In this document: positions 58,518 through 64,000 of the stretch, one piece after another
Position numbering within the stretch: position 1 is the stretch's first letter
How the letters are laid out: each line of letters opens with the position of its first letter
From: an uncultured Chloroflexia bacterium
Lineage (GTDB): Bacteria > Chloroflexota > Limnocylindria > Limnocylindrales > CSP1-4
Length of the DNA: 64,000 nt
Reading direction: 5' to 3'
Assembly (NCBI GenBank): GCA_963734935.1
Contig: CAVTIO010000003.1
Location: 214,489-278,488 of the forward strand
Notes under the pieces: generated by a model
Told to the model about the DNA's origin: nothing
Seen by the model: the letters and a program-made list of their open reading frames with translations, nothing else
The model's database searches: none
Program-made: the position numbers and the translations under genes

Positions 58518-59918
58518 TCAGTCGTGCGGCGGCTGCTCGTCCCGTTCCACCTCGATGCCGCCCAGCCCGGCGGTCTCGAGCTCACTCGCGAACTGCTCGT
58601 GATCGCCCACGACCACGATCGCCGCCCGCTCCGGGTCGATGTGCTCGCGCGCCACGCGCAGCACGTCCTCGGCCGTCACCGACTCGATCGCGGTGCGATA
58701 CCTGTCCAGCTCGTCATCCGGGAGCCGGTGGACGAACAGCCCGGCCAGCGCACCGACCACCGGACCCGGGGTCTCGAACCGCAGGGGGAACACGCCCACG
58801 AGATAGTCGCGGGCGGCCCGGAGCTCGGCGTCAGTCACCGGTGCCTCCCGGATCCGGCCGAGCTCGAGCAGAGTCTCCCGCAGCGCGGGGACGGTGACGT
58901 CGGTATCGACGGCCGCGCGCGCGGAGAACGGCCCGCGGTGACGGCGAAGATCGAACCCCGCCCCCGCCCCGTACGTGTAGCCCTTCTCCTCGCGGAGGTT
59001 CATGTTCAGCCGCGAGTTGAACAGGCCGCCGAGGATCGCGCTCATCACGGACACGGCGTGAAAATCGGGATGGCGGCGCGGCAGCCCGGGATGCCCGATG
59101 CGGATCTCCGATTGCGCTGACCCCGGTCGGTCAATCACGCGCACGTATCGCTCGGACACCTTCGACGCGTCGGAGATCGGGGACTCGCCGCCATCGTCGG
59201 GACCCGACCAGTCGGCGAACAGGTTGGTCGCCAGGCGGACGACCGCCTCCGGGTCGACCTCGCCTGCCACGACCAGCGCCGAGTGGGCCGGGACGAAGCT
59301 CCGCGCCTGGATCGTGCGCAGGTCCCCGGCGGTGACGCCGGCCACGGTCTCCCGCGTGCCTCCGGGGGGGCGGTGGTACGGGCTCGCCGGAACATAGATC
59401 GCGTCCACGAACTCCTGGTCGGCCCGGCGGCGCGGGTCGGCCCTCGCCTGGAGCAGGTCCGTCAGCCGCTCGTCCCGGATTCGGTCGACCTCGGCGTCCG
59501 GGTACGCGGGCTGGCGCACGATCTCGGACAGCAGCTCGAGCGCCGGTCCAAGCCGGCTCACCGGCACGTCCACACCCGCCGATGTCGCGTCCCAGCCGGC
59601 TTCGCTGTGGAGCGACGCCCCGAGGCGCTCCGCCGCCTCGACCAGCGCGATGGCGTCCCGGAGCTCGGTGCCCTCCGTCATCCCCCGGGCGGCCAGGACC
59701 GTCGCCCCGCCGAGCTCGCGGGGCTCGTCGGCCGCACCGGCTCGCGCGACCACCGAGGCGGTGACCAGGGCGCGGCCCGCCATCGGGGTCACGATCAGCC
59801 GCAACCCGCTCGCCAGCTCCGTCCGGATGGTCGTCGGAAACTCGTAGGGCCTCGGCTGCCCGGGTTCGGGACGCTGCGCCACGAGCCCGGTATCGGCGCC
59901 CGATCCCCCACCGCTCAT
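58518..59918 (-). CDS. M16 family peptidase-like protein, non-catalytic partner (lacks the HxxEH motif)
   Basis: Peptidase_M16 / M16_C fold without the inverted zinc motif. 4-nt overlap with the upstream M16 gene. Confidence 0.75.
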   Translation of the reverse strand: MSGGGSGADTGLVAQRPEPGQPRPYEFPTTIRTELASGLRLIVTPMAGRALVTASVVARAGAADEPRELGGATVLAARGMTEGTELRDAIALVEAAERLGASLHSEAGWDATSAGVDVPVSRLGPALELLSEIVRQPAYPDAEVDRIRDERLTDLLQARADPRRRADQEFVDAIYVPASPYHRPPGGTRETVAGVTAGDLRTIQARSFVPAHSALVVAGEVDPEAVVRLATNLFADWSGPDDGGESPISDASKVSERYVRVIDRPGSAQSEIRIGHPGLPRRHPDFHAVSVMSAILGGLFNSRLNMNLREEKGYTYGAGAGFDLRRHRGPFSARAAVDTDVTVPALRETLLELGRIREAPVTDAELRAARDYLVGVFPLRFETPGPVVGALAGLFVHRLPDDELDRYRTAIESVTAEDVLRVAREHIDPERAAIVVVGDHEQFASELETAGLGGIEVERDEQPPHD

Positions 59919-61234
59919 GCCGCCGCCTCCCCGGTCCCGTCCGTGGCCGTGCCCGCGGCCTCATCGGCGGGGACATATGTGAGGACCACCCGGTTGTCCG
60001 CCCGGAACACGTCCGCCGCAACCTCCCGGATCTGGTCGCCGGTCACCGACAGGTAACGCGGCAGGAGCGTGTTGATCAGGCCAGGATCGTCGAACAGGGT
60101 CGCGAACATCGACAGCCGGTCGGCTCGCTCCTCGACGCGCGCCAACGCCCCCAGCTCGTCGGCCTCGGTCAGGGCCTTGGCTCGGACCAGCTCGTCGTCG
60201 GTCGGCGGCTCGGCCCCGAGCCGCTCCAGCTCGTCGGTCAGGGCCGCTTCCACGCGCGCGATGTCGATCCCGGGCCGCGCGGTCGCCCAGCCCAGGAACT
60301 GCGACGAGCCTCCCACGAACGGCAACGTGAACACGGCGACGTCCTGCGCGATTCGCTCCTCGCGGACCAGCCGCCGGTGGAGGCGGCTCCCCTTGCCGCC
60401 CGAGAGCATCTGGGACGCGAGATCGAGCGCGTCCAGCCGACGATCCCCGAACACGGGTGCCCGGAACCCGACGTAGACGCGGGCCAGCGGGACCCGCTCC
60501 GTGACGACCTCTCGTCGCTCCTCGCCGATCACCGACGGCAGCGAGAGGTTGGGCAGCGACGGGATATCCAGGTTGGGTGCGATGGGGCCGAAGTATCGCT
60601 CGGCCCAGGTGCGGACCTGGCTCGGATCGCAATCACCGACGACGGAGAGCACCGCGTTGTTGGGCACGTAATAGGTCCGGAAGAACGATCTGACGTCGTC
60701 GAGCGAGGCGGCGTCGAGGTCCTCCATCGACCCGATGGTGGGGTGATGGTAGGGATGGTCCACCGGGTACATGTGCGCGAGCAGCTTCTCGTTCCAGGTG
60801 CCATAGGGCCGGTTGTCGTAGCTCCAGCGCTTCTCGTTCTTGACCACGTCGCGCTGGTTGTCGAGGTTGTCCTGGTTGAGCGCATCCAGCAGCGATCCCA
60901 TCCGGTCGGCCTCGAGCCATAGTGCGAGCTCGAGCTGATGCGACGGCATCGTCTCGAAGTAGTTGGTCCGATCCAGCCATGTGGTGCCGTTGAGGGTGCC
61001 GCCGGCTGCCTGGACGAGCGCCATGTGCTCCGCCTTGCCCACGTGCGCCGACCCCTGGAACATCACGTGCTCGAACAGGTGCGCGAAGCCGGTCTTGCCC
61101 GGCACCTCGTGCTTTGATCCGACGTCGTACCAGACGTTCACGGCGACCACCGGCGCCAGGTGATCCTCAACCACGATCAGGCGGAGGCCGTTGGCCAACC
61201 GCTCGTCGCTGAACTCGACGACGGGTACGGACAT
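59915..61234 (-). CDS. M16 family zinc peptidase (pitrilysin/insulinase-like), catalytic subunit
   Basis: Inverted zinc motif HLFEH plus downstream Glu (GKAEHMALVQ). Start moved to MSVPVVEFSDERLANGLRL at 61234. Confidence 0.8.
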   Translation of the reverse strand: MSVPVVEFSDERLANGLRLIVVEDHLAPVVAVNVWYDVGSKHEVPGKTGFAHLFEHVMFQGSAHVGKAEHMALVQAAGGTLNGTTWLDRTNYFETMPSHQLELALWLEADRMGSLLDALNQDNLDNQRDVVKNEKRWSYDNRPYGTWNEKLLAHMYPVDHPYHHPTIGSMEDLDAASLDDVRSFFRTYYVPNNAVLSVVGDCDPSQVRTWAERYFGPIAPNLDIPSLPNLSLPSVIGEERREVVTERVPLARVYVGFRAPVFGDRRLDALDLASQMLSGGKGSRLHRRLVREERIAQDVAVFTLPFVGGSSQFLGWATARPGIDIARVEAALTDELERLGAEPPTDDELVRAKALTEADELGALARVEERADRLSMFATLFDDPGLINTLLPRYLSVTGDQIREVAADVFRADNRVVLTYVPADEAAGTATDGTGEAAA

Positions 61235-61436
61235 GCGTGGTGGGTCCTCGCGCGAAAGCTGCAGGTCGAGTGGCATTGTAGGCGGAGCCGCGGCATTCCC
61301 GGCCCCGGGGGCAGAGCGAACGAGACCGGCACGCCCGGCAGGCGTCCCGGAATCGCATCGCGCGGGCGCCGGCCAGGTGCAAGGATGGCCCCGGCACAAC
61401 AGGCGGCCACGACACACAACGACGGAGGAGAGGATC

Positions 61437-62213
61437 GTGACCGGTTCGCGCGGCAGCGTCGCCTGGGGGCCCCTGATCATGGGCGTCGTCCTGCTGGTGG
61501 TGGGCGGCGCGTTCCTGCTTCGCAACCTGGGCGTCGTGGACCTGGACTGGGGCCTGCTTTGGCCGCTGATCCTGGTGCTGGTCGGGTTGATCGTGCTGGT
61601 CGCCGCCGTGCGCGGCCCGGCTGATCGCGGCGGTACCGCGCAGGTGTCGATCCCCAGCGACGGCGCGGCCCGCCTGGAGCTCCAGCTCCGGCTCGGCGCA
61701 GGCCACTACCGGCTGCGCGGCGGGTCCGGCGCGCTGGTCGAGGCAACGGCCAGTGATGCGACCATCGATCATGCCGCCGATCGCCTGGGCGACCTCGCCC
61801 GCGTCCGGCTGTCGACGTCACGCCACTCGTGGCTATGGGGCTGGGGGCGAGGGCTGGAATGGACGATCGGTGTCGCATCCGGCGTGCCCGCCATGATCGA
61901 CCTGCGGGCGGGCGCGGGGTCGATCGATCTCGATCTGACCGACGTGGCGGTCGCCCGCGCGTCGATGGCCATCGGTGCCGCCGAGCTGCGGGTCGTCCTG
62001 CCTCGCCCGCTGGGCGACGTCCCGATCCGCGTTGAGGGCGGAGCCGCGTCGTTCACGTTCGAGGTCCCGGCAGGCGTGGAGGCCCGCGTGACGAGCACCG
62101 GGTTGGTCACGACCAGTGGGCCCAGCGAGACGGCAGGCTACGCCGCCTCCCGCGATCGAGTGACGGTCACTGTCACCGGCGGCGCGGCCTCGGTGCGCGT
62201 CATCCGTCGCTGA
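61437..62213 (+). CDS. LiaF-like / DUF2154-type membrane protein (cell-envelope stress module)
   Basis: GTG start with a GGAGGAGAGG RBS. Two N-terminal TM helices. C-terminal beta-rich repeat region (AGSIDLDL...AAELRVVLP...VTVTVTGGAASVRVI). Confidence 0.6.
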   Translation: MTGSRGSVAWGPLIMGVVLLVVGGAFLLRNLGVVDLDWGLLWPLILVLVGLIVLVAAVRGPADRGGTAQVSIPSDGAARLELQLRLGAGHYRLRGGSGALVEATASDATIDHAADRLGDLARVRLSTSRHSWLWGWGRGLEWTIGVASGVPAMIDLRAGAGSIDLDLTDVAVARASMAIGAAELRVVLPRPLGDVPIRVEGGAASFTFEVPAGVEARVTSTGLVTTSGPSETAGYAASRDRVTVTVTGGAASVRVIRR

Positions 62214-62275
62214 GGTCGTCCACGCCAGGGCCCCCGCACGGCGCTGAATCGAGCGGACCGTTAGACTCCCCAGCC

Positions 62276-62962
62276 GTGAACACCGGACATGCCGCCGGGC
62301 TGTCGGCGCGGCCCAGACACCAGCCCATCGGCCCACGTATCCAGCTGCTTTCCCCACTGGCGGCCGCTCTGCTGATGCTGCTGCTGGTCGGACCCGTGGC
62401 CGCCCATGCCGAGCTCGTGTCGTCCGATCCCCAGGACGGCGCCGTCCTCGACACGCCGCCGCCCAGCGTCACCCTGACCTTCAGCGAGGGGCTCAACGCG
62501 TCCAGGAGCAAGTTCCAGCTCCTGGCATCGGACGGCTCGTTGATCGGCACCGGCACGGCCGCCGCCGACGGCGACGAGACGATGACCCTCGGTGGGCTCG
62601 ATCTCGGCCCTGGCAAGTACCTGATCAAGTGGACCTCGGTCTCGGTCGATACCGACGTCGAGCGCGGCGAGCTCCGCTTCACGGTTACCGAGGCGAACCC
62701 GACCCCTCCCCCGACGGCCGGGCCAACCACGGGACCAAGTCCCTCGCCCAGCACGCCCGCTGTCACCGCCGAGCCGTCCGGACCCACGATCGAACCGATC
62801 GCTGTTCCCGCATCCGCCGAACCCTCGGTCGTGCCCGTCGACGCCGGGCAGCCCGCATCCGGGAGCGGTGGCCTGGGTGACGCCCTGCTTCCGATCGTGG
62901 CCGTGCTGGTCCTCGTCGCGGGATTGGGCATCTACCTGCGCCGCCGCAACCAGAGCGCCTGA
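62276..62962 (+). CDS. copC: copper resistance protein CopC (periplasmic Cu chaperone) with C-terminal Pro/Thr linker and TM anchor
   Basis: Signal peptide, then mature N-terminus HAELVSSDPQDGAVL, which is the CopC His1 Cu(II) site context. CopC beta-sandwich region. C-terminal LLPIVAVLVLVAGLGIYLRRR anchor. Confidence 0.8.
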   Translation: MNTGHAAGLSARPRHQPIGPRIQLLSPLAAALLMLLLVGPVAAHAELVSSDPQDGAVLDTPPPSVTLTFSEGLNASRSKFQLLASDGSLIGTGTAAADGDETMTLGGLDLGPGKYLIKWTSVSVDTDVERGELRFTVTEANPTPPPTAGPTTGPSPSPSTPAVTAEPSGPTIEPIAVPASAEPSVVPVDAGQPASGSGGLGDALLPIVAVLVLVAGLGIYLRRRNQSA

Positions 62963-62964
62963 TC

Positions 62965-64000
62965 GTGAACGATAGGAGGCGCGTCGCGCTCACCCGCCTG
63001 GCGAGTGCCGCCGGCGTGACCGTCGTCCTTGCCGCGGTTCCGGCGGCCGTCTCCGCCCACAACATGTCGACGGTCTACGAGAGCCCGCTCCCGCTCTCGG
63101 CCTATCTCGCCGGTGCCGCAGTGACGGTGGCGCTGTCGTTCGCCTTCGTGCTCGCCACCGACGTGCGCGCCGCACCGCCCGCACCCGGACGCATCGTCCA
63201 GGTCCCGGCGCCGATCCGCCTCGTCCTGCGGGCGATCGGCATCCTCGGCTGGGCGTGGATCCTGGTCCAGGGCATCGCGGGCGGTTCGTCCGATGCGGCG
63301 GTCGCCCCGCTGTTCCTGTGGGTCTACGGCTGGGTTGGGCTCGCCGCGATCTCGGCCCTGTGGTTCCCGATCTGGGAGTGGCTGGACCCGTTCGCAACCC
63401 TCCACGACATGCTCGCGTGGGCCCTCCGCCGCCTCGGCGTGCGCGGCTGGGGCGCGTCGGATCTGCCCGCGCCGATCCGCCTCTGGCCCGCGGTCGCGGG
63501 GCTCGTGTTCTTCGTGTGGCTCGAGCTTGTCGCGCCCGCCGGGGTCGGGACCCTGACCGTGGTCGTGGCGGGCTACACGCTGCTGACGCTGGCGATGATG
63601 GCCCAGTTCGGGCGTGAGCAGTGGCGCGCACAGGGCGAGACCTTCACCGTCTGGTTCCGGACCCTCAACCGGCTGGCGCCGTACGGCATCGTGCCGGCCA
63701 CCGACACCGCCACCGACGCTGACGGCGCGACAGACGACGCGTGGGTCGACCCGGATGGCGTCGATCCGGCGGTCGTCGTCCGCCGCTCGTTCGCGAGCGG
63801 ACTCCTGGGGGTGAGCTGGGAGATCCCCCGGATCACGCTCATTGCGATCGGCGTCGGATCAATCCTGTTCGACGGGCTGAGCCAGACGGTTCCCTTCGCG
63901 GCAACGTTCGGGGCGCCCGCCATGGTGCCCAAGACGCTGCTGCTCGCGGCATTCCTGGGGATCATCGTCGGTGCAGCCCTGCTCGTCGCCCGGACGGTCA
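62965..64000 (+). CDS. CopD-like multi-pass copper-handling membrane protein, 3' end truncated by the window
   Basis: Not in the ORF track because there is no stop in the window. GTG start 2 nt after the copC stop. Manual translation gives at least 7 TM helices and a signal-like N-terminus (VTVVLAAVPAAVSAHN). Confidence 0.45.
   Translation, partial: MNDRRRVALTRLASAAGVTVVLAAVPAAVSAHNMSTVYESPLPLSAYLAGAAVTVALSFAFVLATDVRAAPPAPGRIVQVPAPIRLVLRAIGILGWAWILVQGIAGGSSDAAVAPLFLWVYGWVGLAAISALWFPIWEWLDPFATLHDMLAWALRRLGVRGWGASDLPAPIRLWPAVAGLVFFVWLELVAPAGVGTLTVVVAGYTLLTLAMMAQFGREQWRAQGETFTVWFRTLNRLAPYGIVPATDTATDADGATDDAWVDPDGVDPAVVVRRSFASGLLGVSWEIPRITLIAIGVGSILFDGLSQTVPFAATFGAPAMVPKTLLLAAFLGIIVGAALLVARTV

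Noticed and set aside
62200-62931. Minus-strand 243-aa ORF opposite copC
   Set aside because: The plus-strand frame has a signal peptide, the CopC His1 motif and the Cu-binding beta-sandwich. The antisense product is Ser/Pro/Gly low-complexity.

Overview
This is a high-GC (about 70%) actinobacterial-type chromosomal segment, densely coding on both strands. Left end (1-5.8 kb): a single co-directional respiratory operon on the minus strand, qcrC-qcrA-qcrB-ctaC-ctaD, followed by the start of a small CtaF-like membrane protein. The genes are joined by 4-8 nt start/stop overlaps. Middle (6-37 kb): mostly housekeeping genes. These include a divergent TetR/FAD-oxidase pair, tig-clpP-clpX, tRNA-Leu(UAG), a Holin-X-like membrane protein pair, cinA, a Crp/Fnr regulator, mrp/apbC, potA-potD-potB-potC with a class-III aminotransferase, an IMPase-family phosphatase, three GNAT acetyltransferases, a long-form class II aldolase, an ABC-2 exporter, rsgA, a PEBP lipoprotein and an MBL hydrolase. 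Right third (37-54 kb): a roughly 17-kb minus-strand supercluster containing both a form I CO dehydrogenase and a form II CODH-like molybdoenzyme. The form I set is in coxM-coxS-coxL order, with the Cu-ligating AYRCSFR loop in CoxL. The form II set is in S-L-M order, with an AYRGAGR loop. The two structural sets are separated and flanked by one shared block of maturation genes: coxG, two xdhC paralogs (one fused to a C-terminal YHS copper-binding domain), coxD (MoxR AAA+), coxE (VWA), mocA, a MoCF-binding protein and a SAM methyltransferase. Beyond this lie a TPR-rhomboid protease, an SRAP/YedK peptidase, an ECF sigma/anti-sigma pair, a tandem M16 peptidase pair, a LiaF-like protein and CopC-CopD. 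I saw no rRNA, no CRISPR array, no transposase or integrase, and no convincing prophage. Many long ORFs in the supplied track are antisense artefacts of high GC; the longest is the 1682-aa ORF at 30125..35173. Start codons were re-assigned where the ORF-track start gave implausible Arg/Pro-rich N-terminal extensions. Coordinates may be off by 1-2 nt in places.
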